Positions 1 to 14,500 are shown, counted from the first letter of the stretch. The stretch is DNA of 64,000 nucleotides from the human T2T-CHM13v2.0 reference genome, Homo sapiens (GCF_009914755.1 NC_060937.1); one strand, 5' to 3'. A program made the numbers and translations. Notes: generated from the sequence alone by a model not told the origin.

Positions 1-150
1 ATGTATTATATACTGTATATAAAATATGAAAGTACATCAAATATATATTTTATTCTGTACATAAAAATCAAAGTACACCAGATATATATTCTATAGTGTA
101 CATAAAATAACAAAGTACACAAACTATAAATTATATACTGTACATAAAAT

Positions 151-523
151 ATGAAATTACATCAAATATATATTAGGTACATAAAATATGAAAGTACATC
201 AAATATAGATTATATACTGTACATAAAATATCAATGTACCCCAAATATATACTTTATACTCTACATGAAATATCAAAGTTCACAATCCATATATTATATA
301 CTGTACATAAAATATCAAAGTACCCAAGGTATATATTCTATACTATACAAAAAATATCAAAGTACCCAAAGCATGTATTATATACTGTACATAAAATATG
401 AAAGTACATCAAATATATATTTTATTCTGTACATATAATATCAAAGTACACCAGATATATATTCTATAGTGTACATAAAATATCAAAGTACCCAAAATAT
501 ACATTATATACTGTACATAAAAT
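151..523 (+). repeat. Example of the 373-bp variant 9-mer (5-bp tatat deletion in monomer 1)
   Basis: atcaaatatatattaggtac (162-181 region) versus full-length atcaaatatatattatattaggtac (~535-559). Landmark spacing 151 to 524 = 373; 151 to 902 to 1653 = 751 steps (373+378). Confidence 0.93.
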
Positions 524-901
524 ATGAAATTACATCAAATATATATTATATTAGGTACATAAAATATGAAAGTACATCAAATATAGATTATATACTGTAC
601 ATAAAATATCAAAGTACCCCAATTATATATTATATACTCTACATGAAATATCAAAGTTCACAAACTATATATTATATACTGTATATAAAATATCAAAGTA
701 CCCAAGGCATATATTCTATACTGTACAAAAAATATCAAAGTACCCAAAGCATGTATTATATACTGTATATAAAATATGAATGTACATCAAATATATATTT
801 TATTCTGTACATAACATATCAAAGTACACAAGATATATATTCTATAGTGTACACAAAATAACAAAGTACACAAACTATAAATTATATACTGTACATAAAA
901 T
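524..901 (+). repeat. Example of the full-length 378-bp 9-monomer higher-order unit (repeated throughout the window)
   Basis: Nine distinguishable monomers recur in fixed order. As pseudo-translation: KYEITSNIYYIRYI / KYESTSNIDYILYI / KYQSTPNIYYILYM / KYQSSQTIYYILYI / KYQSTQGIYSILYK / KYQSTQSMYYILYI / KYESTSNIYFILYI / KYQSTPDIYSIVYI / KYQSTQTIHYILYI; 9 x 42 = 378. The landmark atgaa(a/g)tt sits at 524 and 902. Confidence 0.95.
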
Positions 902-3153
902 ATGAAGTTGCATCAAATATATATTAGGTACATAAAATATGAAAGTACATCAAATATAGATTATATACTGTACATAAAATATCAATGTACCCCAAATATA
1001 TATTTTATACTCGACATGAAATATCAAAGTTCACAAACCATATATTATTTACTGTACATAAAATATCAAAGTACCCAAGGTATATATTCTATACTGTACA
1101 AAAAATATCAAAGTACCCAAAGCATGTATTATATACTGTACATAAAATATGAAACTACATCAAATATATTTTTTATTCTGTATATAAAATATCAAAGTAC
1201 ACCAGATATATATTCTATAGTGTACATAAAATATCAAATTACCCAAACTATACATTATATACTGCACATAAAATATGAAATTACATCAAATATATATTAT
1301 ATTAGGTACATAAAATATGAAAGTACATCAAATATAGATTATATACTGTACATAAAATATCAAAGTACCCCAAATATATATTATATACTGTACATGAAAT
1401 ATCAAAGTTCACAAACTATATATTATATACTGTACATAAAATATCAAAGTACCCAAGGTATATATTCTATACTGTACAAAAAATATCAAAGTACCCAAAG
1501 CATGTATTATATACTGTACATAAAATATGAAAGTACATCAAATATATATTTTATTCTGTACATAAAATATCAAAGTACACCAGATATATATTCTATAGTG
1601 TACATAAAATAACAAAGTACACAAACCATAAATTATATACTGTACATAAAATATGACATTACATCAAATATATATTAGGTACTTAAAATATGAAAGAACA
1701 TCAAATATAGATTATATACTGTACATAAAATATCAATGTACCCCAAATATATATTTTATACTCTACATGAAATATCAAAGTTCACAAACTATATATTATA
1801 TACTGTACATAAAATATCAAAGTACCCAAGGTATATATTCTATACTGTACAAAAAATATCAAAGTACCCAAAGCATGTATTATATACTGTACATAAAATA
1901 TGAAATTACATCAAATATATATTTTATTCTGTACATAAAATATCAAAGTACACCAGATATATATTCTATAGTGTACATAAAATATCAAAGTACCCAAACT
2001 ATACATTATATACTGTACATAAAATATGAAATTCCATCAAATATATATTATATTAGGTACATAAAATATGAAAGTACATCAAATATAGATTATATACTGT
2101 ATATTAAATACCAAAGTACCCCAAATAGATATTTTATACTGTACATGAAATATCAAAGTTCACAAACTATATATTATATACTGTACATTAAATATCAAAG
2201 TACCCAAGGTATATATTCTATACTATACAAAAAATATCAAAGTACCCAAAGCATGTATTATAAACTGTACATAAAATATGAAAGTACATCAAATATATAT
2301 TTTATTCTGTACATAAAATATCAAAGTACACCAGATATATATTCTATAGTGTGCATAAAATATCAAAGTACCCAAACTATACATTATATACTGTACATAA
2401 AATATGAAATTACATCAAATATATATTATATTAGGTACATAAAATATGAAAGTACATCAAATATAGATTATATACTGTACATAAAATATCAAAGTACCCC
2501 AAATATATATTATATACTCTACGTGAAATATCAAAGTTCACATACTATATATTATATACTGTACATAAAATACCAAAGTACCCAAGCTATATATTCTATA
2601 CTGCACAAAAAATATCAAAGTACCCAAAGCATGTATTATAAACTGTACATAAAATATGAAAGTACATCAAATATATATTTTATTCTGTACATAAAATATC
2701 AAAGTACACCAGATATATATTCTATAGTGTACATAAAATATCAAAGTACACAAAACTATACATTATGTACTGTACATAAAATATGAAATTACATCAATAT
2801 ATATTAGGTACATAAAACATGAAAGTACATCAAATATAGATTATATACTGTACATAAAATATCAAAGTACCCCAAATATATATTATATACTCTACATGAA
2901 ATATCAAAGTTCACAAACTATATATTATATACCGTACATAAAATATCAAAGTACCCAAGGTATATATTCTATACTGTACAAAAAATATCAAAGTACCTAA
3001 AGCATGTATTATATACTGTATATAAAATATGAAAGTACATCAAATATATATTTTATTCTGTACATAAAAATCAAAGTACACCAGATATATATTCTATAGT
3101 GTACATAAAATAACAAAGTACACAAACTATAAATTATATACTGTACATAAAAT

Positions 3154-5469
3154 ATGAAATTACATCAAATATATATTAGGTACAAAAATATGAAAGTACA
3201 TAAAATATAGATTATATACTGTACATAAAATATCAATGTACCCCAAATATATATTTTATACTCTACATGAAATATCAAAGTTCACAAACCATATATTATA
3301 TACTGTACATAAAATATCAAAGTACCCAAGGTATATATACTATACTGTACAAAAAATATCAAAGTACCCAAAGCATGTATTATATACTGTACATAAAATA
3401 TGAAAGTACATCAAATATATATTTTATTCTTTACATAAAATATCAAAGTACACCAGATATATATTCTATAGTGTACATAAAATATCAAAGTTCCCAAACT
3501 ATACATTATATACTGTACATAAAATATGAAATTACATCAAATATATATTATATTAGGTACATAAAATATGAAAGTACATCAAATATAGATTATATACTGT
3601 ACATAATATATCAAAGTACCCCAAATATATATTATATACTATACATGAAATATCAAAGTTCACAAACTATATATTATATACTGTACAAAAAATATCAAAG
3701 TACCCAAGGTATATATTCTATACTGTACAAAAAATATCAAAGTACCCAAAGCATGTATTATATACTATACATAAAATATGAAATTACATCAAATATGTAT
3801 TAGGTACATAAAATATGAAAGTACATCAAATATAGATTATATACTGTACATAAAATATCAAAGTACCCCAAATATATATTATATACTCTACATGAAATAT
3901 CAAAGTTCACAAACCATATATTATATACTGTACATAAAATATCAAAGTACCCAAGGTATATATTCTATACTGCACAAAAAATATCAAAGTACCCAAAGCA
4001 TGTATTATATACTGTACATAAAATATGAAAGTACATCAATTACATATTTTATTCTGTACATAAAATATCAAAGTACACCAGATATATATTCTATAGTGTA
4101 CATAAAATAACAAAGTACACAAACTATACATTATATACTGTACATAAAATATGAAATTACATCAAATATATATTAGGTAGATAAAATATGAAAGTACATC
4201 AAATATAGGTTATATACTGTACATAAAATATCAAAGTACCCCAAATATATATTATATACTCTACATGAAATATCAAAGTTCACAAACTATATATTATATA
4301 CTGTACATAAAATATCAAAGTACCCAAAGTATATATTCTATACTGTACAAAAAATATCAAAGTACCCAAAGTATGTATTATATACTGTATATAAAATATG
4401 AAAGTACATCAAATATATATTTTATTCTGTACATAAAATATCAAAGTACACCAGATATATATTCTATAGTGTACATAAAATAACAAAGTACACAAACTAT
4501 ACATTTTATACTGTACATAAAATATGAAATTACATAAAATATATATTAGGTACATAATATATGAAAGTACATCAAATATAGATTATATACTGTACATAAA
4601 ATATCAATGTACCCCAAATATATATTTTATACTCTACATGAAATATCATAGTTCACAAACTATATATTATATACTGTACATAAAATATCAAAGTACCCTA
4701 GGTATATATTCTATACTGTACAAAAAATATCAAAGTACCCAAAGCATGTATTATATACTGTACATAAAATATGAAAGTACATCAAATATATATTTTATTC
4801 TGTACATAAAATATCAAAGTACACCAGATATATATTCTATAGTGTACATAAAATAACAAAGTACACAAACTATAAATTATATACTCTACGGAAAATATGA
4901 AATTACATCAAATATATATTAGGTACATAAAATATGAAAGTACATCAAATATAGATTATATACTGTACATATAATATCAATGTACCCCGAATATATATTT
5001 TATACTCTACATGAAATATCAAAGTTCACAAACCATACATTATATACTGTACATAAAATATCAAAATACCCAAGGTATATATTCTATACTGTACAAAAAA
5101 TATCAAAGTACCCAAAGCATGTATTATATACTGTACATAAAATATGAAAGTACATCAAATATATATTTTATTCTGTACATAAAATATCAAAGTACACCAG
5201 ATATATATTCTATAGTGTACATAAAATATCAAAGTACCCAAACTATACTTTATATACTGTACATAAAATATGAAATTACATCAAATATATATTATATTAG
5301 GTACATAAAATATGAAAGTACATCAAATATAGATTATATACTGTACATTAAATACGAAAGTACCCCAAATATATATTTTATACTGTACATGAAATATCAA
5401 AGTTCACAAACTATATATTATATACTGTACATAAAATATCAAAGTACCCAAGGTATATATTCTATACTG
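3154..5469 (+). repeat. Block 'B' (contains a 252-bp 6-monomer unit); recurs at 17221-19536 and 22338-24653
   Basis: ORFs 3267/17334/22451 and 5011/19078/24195 are identical. Markers: taggtacaaaaata, tatgtattagg, taccctagg, ctctacggaaaa, accccgaata. Confidence 0.9.
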
Positions 5470-8400
5470 TACAAAAAATATCAAAGTACCCAAAGCATGT
5501 ATTATAAACTGTACATAAAATATGAAAGTACATCAAATATATATTTTATTCTGTACATAAAATATCAAAGTACACCAGATATATATTCTATAGTGTGCAT
5601 AAAATATCAAAGTACCCAAACTATACATTATATACTGTACATAAAATATGAAATTACATCAAATATATATTATATTAGGTACATAAAATATGAAAGTACA
5701 TCAAATATAGATTATATACTGTACATAAAATATCAAAGTACCCCAAATATATATTATATACTCTACGTGAAATATCAAAGTTCACATACTATATATTATA
5801 TACTGTACATAAAATACCAAAGTACCCAAGCTATATATTCTATACTGCACAAAAAATATCAAAGTACCCAAAGCATGTATTATAAACTGTACATAAAATA
5901 TGAAAGTACATCAAATATATATTTTATTCTGTACATAAAATATCAAAGTACACCAGATATATATTCTATAGTGTACATAAAATATCAAAGTACACAAAAC
6001 TATACATTATGTACTGTACATAAAATATGAAATTACATCAATATATATTAGGTACATAAAACATGAAAGTACATCAAATATAGATTATATACTGTACATA
6101 AAATATCAAAGTACCCCAAATATATATTATATACTCTACATGAAATATCAAAGTTCACAAACTATATATTATATACCGTACATAAAATATCAAAGTACCC
6201 AAGGTATATATTCTATACTGTACAAAAAATATCAAAGTACCTAAAGCATGTATTATATACTGTATATAAAATATGAAAGTACATCAAATATATATTTTAT
6301 TCTGTACATAAAAATCAAAGTACACCAGATATATATTCTATAGTGTACATAAAATAACAAAGTACACAAACTATAAATTATATACTGTACATAAAATATG
6401 AAATTACATCAAATATATATTAGGTACATAAAATATGAAAGTACATCAAATATAGATTATATACTGTACATAAAATATCAATGTACCCCAAATATATACT
6501 TTATACTCTACATGAAATATCAAAGTTCACAATCCATATATTATATACTGTACATAAAATATCAAAGTACCCAAGGTATATATTCTATACTATACAAAAA
6601 ATATCAAAGTACCCAAAGCATGTATTATATACTGTACATAAAATATGAAAGTACATCAAATATATATTTTATTCTGTACATATAATATCAAAGTACACCA
6701 GATATATATTCTATAGTGTACATAAAATATCAAAGTACCCAAAATATACATTATATACTGTACATAAAATATGAAATTACATCAAATATATATTATATTA
6801 GGTACATAAAATATGAAAGTACATCAAATATAGATTATATACTGTACATAAAATATCAAAGTACCCCAATTATATATTATATACTCTACATGAAATATCA
6901 AAGTTCACAAACTATATATTATATACTGTATATAAAATATCAAAGTACCCAAGGCATATATTCTATACTGTACAAAAAATATCAAAGTACCCAAAGCATG
7001 TATTATATACTGTATATAAAATATGAATGTACATCAAATATATATTTTATTCTGTACATAACATATCAAAGTACACAAGATATATATTCTATAGTGTACA
7101 CAAAATAACAAAGTACACAAACTATAAATTATATACTGTACATAAAATATGAAGTTGCATCAAATATATATTAGGTACATAAAATATGAAAGTACATCAA
7201 ATATAGATTATATACTGTACATAAAATATCAATGTACCCCAAATATATATTTTATACTCGACATGAAATATCAAAGTTCACAAACCATATATTATTTACT
7301 GTACATAAAATATCAAAGTACCCAAGGTATATATTCTATACTGTACAAAAAATATCAAAGTACCCAAAGCATGTATTATATACTGTACATAAAATATGAA
7401 ACTACATCAAATATATTTTTTATTCTGTATATAAAATATCAAAGTACACCAGATATATATTCTATAGTGTACATAAAATATCAAATTACCCAAACTATAC
7501 ATTATATACTGCACATAAAATATGAAATTACATCAAATATATATTATATTAGGTACATAAAATATGAAAGTACATCAAATATAGATTATATACTGTACAT
7601 AAAATATCAAAGTACCCCAAATATATATTATATACTGTACATGAAATATCAAAGTTCACAAACTATATATTATATACTGTACATAAAATATCAAAGTACC
7701 CAAGGTATATATTCTATACTGTACAAAAAATATCAAAGTACCCAAAGCATGTATTATATACTGTACATAAAATATGAAAGTACATCAAATATATATTTTA
7801 TTCTGTACATAAAATATCAAAGTACACCAGATATATATTCTATAGTGTACATAAAATAACAAAGTACACAAACCATAAATTATATACTGTACATAAAATA
7901 TGACATTACATCAAATATATATTAGGTACTTAAAATATGAAAGAACATCAAATATAGATTATATACTGTACATAAAATATCAATGTACCCCAAATATATA
8001 TTTTATACTCTACATGAAATATCAAAGTTCACAAACTATATATTATATACTGTACATAAAATATCAAAGTACCCAAGGTATATATTCTATACTGTACAAA
8101 AAATATCAAAGTACCCAAAGCATGTATTATATACTGTACATAAAATATGAAATTACATCAAATATATATTTTATTCTGTACATAAAATATCAAAGTACAC
8201 CAGATATATATTCTATAGTGTACATAAAATATCAAAGTACCCAAACTATACATTATATACTGTACATAAAATATGAAATTCCATCAAATATATATTATAT
8301 TAGGTACATAAAATATGAAAGTACATCAAATATAGATTATATACTGTATATTAAATACCAAAGTACCCCAAATAGATATTTTATACTGTACATGAAATAT

Positions 8401-11400
8401 CAAAGTTCACAAACTATATATTATATACTGTACATTAAATATCAAAGTACCCAAGGTATATATTCTATACTATACAAAAAATATCAAAGTACCCAAAGCA
8501 TGTATTATAAACTGTACATAAAATATGAAAGTACATCAAATATATATTTTATTCTGTACATAAAATATCAAAGTACACCAGATATATATTCTATAGTGTG
8601 CATAAAATATCAAAGTACCCAAACTATACATTATATACTGTACATAAAATATGAAATTACATCAAATATATATTATATTAGGTACATAAAATATGAAAGT
8701 ACATCAAATATAGATTATATACTGTACATAAAATATCAAAGTACCCCAAATATATATTATATACTCTACGTGAAATATCAAAGTTCACATACTATATATT
8801 ATATACTGTACATAAAATACCAAAGTACCCAAGCTATATATTCTATACTGCACAAAAAATATCAAAGTACCCAAAGCATGTATTATAAACTGTACATAAA
8901 ATATGAAAGTACATCAAATATATATTTTATTCTGTACATAAAATATCAAAGTACACCAGATATATATTCTATAGTGTACATAAAATATCAAAGTACACAA
9001 AACTATACATTATGTACTGTACATAAAATATGAAATTACATCAATATATATTAGGTACATAAAACATGAAAGTACATCAAATATAGATTATATACTGTAC
9101 ATAAAATATCAAAGTACCCCAAATATATATTATATACTCTACATGAAATATCAAAGTTCACAAACTATATATTATATACCGTACATAAAATATCAAAGTA
9201 CCCAAGGTATATATTCTATACTGTACAAAAAATATCAAAGTACCTAAAGCATGTATTATATACTGTATATAAAATATGAAAGTACATCAAATATATATTT
9301 TATTCTGTACATAAAAATCAAAGTACACCAGATATATATTCTATAGTGTACATAAAATAACAAAGTACACAAACTATAAATTATATACTGTACATAAAAT
9401 ATGAAATTACATCAAATATATATTAGGTACATAAAATATGAAAGTACATCAAATATAGATTATATACTGTACATAAAATATCAATGTACCCCAAATATAT
9501 ACTTTATACTCTACATGAAATATCAAAGTTCACAATCCATATATTATATACTGTACATAAAATATCAAAGTACCCAAGGTATATATTCTATACTATACAA
9601 AAAATATCAAAGTACCCAAAGCATGTATTATATACTGTACATAAAATATGAAAGTACATCAAATATATATTTTATTCTGTACATATAATATCAAAGTACA
9701 CCAGATATATATTCTATAGTGTACATAAAATATCAAAGTACCCAAAATATACATTATATACTGTACATAAAATATGAAATTACATCAAATATATATTATA
9801 TTAGGTACATAAAATATGAAAGTACATCAAATATAGATTATATACTGTACATAAAATATCAAAGTACCCCAATTATATATTATATACTCTACATGAAATA
9901 TCAAAGTTCACAAACTATATATTATATACTGTATATAAAATATCAAAGTACCCAAGGCATATATTCTATACTGTACAAAAAATATCAAAGTACCCAAAGC
10001 ATGTATTATATACTGTATATAAAATATGAATGTACATCAAATATATATTTTATTCTGTACATAACATATCAAAGTACACAAGATATATATTCTATAGTGT
10101 ACACAAAATAACAAAGTACACAAACTATAAATTATATACTGTACATAAAATATGAAGTTGCATCAAATATATATTAGGTACATAAAATATGAAAGTACAT
10201 CAAATATAGATTATATACTGTACATAAAATATCAATGTACCCCAAATATATATTTTATACTCGACATGAAATATCAAAGTTCACAAACCATATATTATTT
10301 ACTGTACATAAAATATCAAAGTACCCAAGGTATATATTCTATACTGTACAAAAAATATCAAAGTACCCAAAGCATGTATTATATACTGTACATAAAATAT
10401 GAAACTACATCAAATATATTTTTTATTCTGTATATAAAATATCAAAGTACACCAGATATATATTCTATAGTGTACATAAAATATCAAATTACCCAAACTA
10501 TACATTATATACTGCACATAAAATATGAAATTACATCAAATATATATTATATTAGGTACATAAAATATGAAAGTACATCAAATATAGATTATATACTGTA
10601 CATAAAATATCAAAGTACCCCAAATATATATTATATACTGTACATGAAATATCAAAGTTCACAAACTATATATTATATACTGTACATAAAATATCAAAGT
10701 ACCCAAGGTATATATTCTATACTGTACAAAAAATATCAAAGTACCCAAAGCATGTATTATATACTGTACATAAAATATGAAAGTACATCAAATATATATT
10801 TTATTCTGTACATAAAATATCAAAGTACACCAGATATATATTCTATAGTGTACATAAAATAACAAAGTACACAAACCATAAATTATATACTGTACATAAA
10901 ATATGACATTACATCAAATATATATTAGGTACTTAAAATATGAAAGAACATCAAATATAGATTATATACTGTACATAAAATATCAATGTACCCCAAATAT
11001 ATATTTTATACTCTACATGAAATATCAAAGTTCACAAACTATATATTATATACTGTACATAAAATATCAAAGTACCCAAGGTATATATTCTATACTGTAC
11101 AAAAAATATCAAAGTACCCAAAGCATGTATTATATACTGTACATAAAATATGAAATTACATCAAATATATATTTTATTCTGTACATAAAATATCAAAGTA
11201 CACCAGATATATATTCTATAGTGTACATAAAATATCAAAGTACCCAAACTATACATTATATACTGTACATAAAATATGAAATTCCATCAAATATATATTA
11301 TATTAGGTACATAAAATATGAAAGTACATCAAATATAGATTATATACTGTATATTAAATACCAAAGTACCCCAAATAGATATTTTATACTGTACATGAAA

Positions 11401-11512
11401 TATCAAAGTTCACAAACTATATATTATATACTGTACATTAAATATCAAAGTACCCAAGGTATATATTCTATACTATACAAAAAATATCAAAGTACCCAAA
11501 GCATGTATTATA
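5470..11512 (+). repeat. Two tandem copies of a 3003-bp higher-order unit (8 x 9-mer)
   Basis: Identical ORF translations at 6398/9401, 6716/9719 and 7149/10152, and matching starts 7900/10903 (offset 3003). Shared private markers include gtgtgcat, ctacgtg, taccgtac, gaagttgcat, ctcgacatg and gaaagaac. Confidence 0.93.
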
Positions 11513-14500
11513 TACTGTACATAAAATATGAAAGTACATCAAATATATATTTTATTCCGTACATAAAATATCAAAGTACACCAGATATATATTCTATAGC
11601 GTACATAAAATATCAAAGTACCCAAACTATACATTATATACTGTACATAAAATATGAAATTCCATCAAATATATATTATATTAGGTACATAAAATATGAA
11701 AGTTCATCAAATATAGAGTATATACTGTACATTAAATATCAAAGTACCCCAAATATATATTATATACTCTACATGAAATATCAAAGTTCACAAACTATAT
11801 ATTATATACTCTACATGTAATATCAAAGTACCCAAGGTATATATTCTATACTATACAAAAAATATCAAAGTACCCAAAGCATGTATTATATACTGTACAT
11901 AAAATATGAAAGTACATCAAATATATATTTTATTCTGTACATAAAATATCAAAGTACACCAGATATATATTCTATAATGTACATAAAATATCAAAGTACC
12001 CAAACTATACATTATATACTGTACATAAAATATGAAATTACATCAAATATATATTAGGTACATAAAATATGAAAGCACATCAAATATAGATTATATACTG
12101 TACATTAAATACCAAAGTACCCCAAATATATATTTTATACTGTACATCAAATATCAAAGTTCACAAACTATATATTATATACTGTATATAAAATATCAAA
12201 GTACCCAAGGTATATATTCTATACTGTACAAAAAATATCAAAGTACCCAAAGCATGTATTATATACTGTACATAAAATATGAAAGTACATCAAATATATA
12301 TTTTATTCTGTACATAAAATATCAAAGTACACCAGATATATATTCCATAGTGTACATAAAATATCAAAGTACCCAAACTATACATTATATACTGTACATA
12401 AAATATGAGATTACATCAAATATATATTATATTAGCTACATAAAATATGAAAGTACGTCAGATATAGATTATATACTGTACATAAAATATCAAAGTACCC
12501 CAAATATATATTATATACTCTACATGAAATATCAAAGTTCACAAACTATATATTATATACTGTACATAAAATATCAAAGTACCCAAGGTATATATTCTAT
12601 ACTGTACAAAAAATATCAAAGTACCCAAAGCATGTATTATATACTGTATACAAAATATGAAAATACATTAAATATATATTTTATTCTGTACATAAAATAT
12701 CAAAGTACACCAGATATGTATTCTATAGTGTACATAAAATAACAAAGTACCCAAACTATACATTATATACTGTACATAAAATATGAAATTACATCAAATA
12801 TATATTAGGTACATAAAATATGAAAGTACATCAAATATAGATTATATACTGTACATAAAATATCAAAGTACCCCAAATATATATTATATACTCTACATGA
12901 AATATCAAAGTTCACAAAGTATATAGTATATACTTTACATAAAATATCAAAGTACCCAAGGTATATATTCTATACTGTACAAAAAATATCAAAGTACCCA
13001 AAGCATGTATTATATACTGTACATAAAATATGAAAGTACATCAAATATATATTATATTCTGTACATAAAATATCAAAGTACACCAGATATATATTCTATA
13101 GTGTACATAAAATAACAAAGTACACAAACTATAAATTATATACTGTACATAAAATATGAAATTACATCAAATATATATTAGGTACATAAAATATGAAAGT
13201 ACATCAAATATAGATTATATACTGTACATAAAATATCAATGTACCCCAAATATATATTTTATACTCTACATGAAATATCAAAGTTCACAAACCATATATT
13301 ATATACTGTACATAAAATATCAAAGTACCCAAAGTATATATTCTATACTATACAAAAAATATCAAAGTACCCAAAGCATGTATTATATACTGTACATAAA
13401 ATATGAAAGTACATCAAATATATATTTTATTCTGTACATAAAATATCAAAGTACACCAGATATATATTCTATAGTGTACATAAAATATCTAATACCCAAA
13501 CTATACATTATATACTGTACATAAAATATGAGATTACATCAAATATATATTATATTAGGTACATAAAATATGAAAGTACATCTGATATAGATTATATACT
13601 GTACATAAAATATCAAAGTACCCCAAATATATATTATATACTCTACATGAAATATCAAAGTTCACAAACTATATATTATATACTGTACATAAAATATCAA
13701 AGTACCCAAGGTATATATTCTATACTGTACAAAAAATATCAAAGTACCCAAAGCATGTATTATATACTGTATATAAAATATGAAAATACATTAAACATAT
13801 ATTTTATTCTGTATATGAAATATCAAAGTACACCAGATATATATTCTATAGTGTACATAAAATAACAAAGTACACAAATTATAAATTATATACTGTACGT
13901 AAAATATGAAATTACATCAAATATATATTAGGTACATAAAATATGAAAGTACATCAAATATAGATTATATACTGTACATATAATATCAATGAACCCCAAA
14001 TATATATTTTATACTCTACATGAAATATCAAAGTTCACAAACCATACATTATATACTGTAGATAAAATATCAAAGTACCCAAGGTATATATTCTATACTG
14101 TACCAAAAATATCAAAGTACCCAAAGCATGTATTATATACTGTACATAAAATATGAAAGTACATCAAATATATATTTTATTCTGTACATAAAATATCAAA
14201 GTACACCAGATATATATTCTATAGTGTACATAAAATATCAAAGTACCCAAACTATACATTATATACTGTACATAAAATATGAAATTACATCAAATATATA
14301 TTAGGTACATAAAATATGAAAGTACATCAAATATAGATTATATACTGTACATAAAATATCAAAGTACCCCAAATATATATTATATACTGTACATGAAATA
14401 TCAAAGTTCAGAAACTATATATTATATACTGTACATAAAATATCAAAGTACCCAAGGTATATATTCTATACTGTACAAAAAATATCAAAGTACCCAAAGC

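Larger units (their letters stand above)
1..3184 (+). repeat. Further 3003-unit sequence, matching 6248-9431 (6247-bp offset)
   Basis: ORFs at 151, 469, 902 and 1653 have translations identical to those at 6398, 6716, 7149 and 7900 (offset 6247). Confidence 0.92.
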
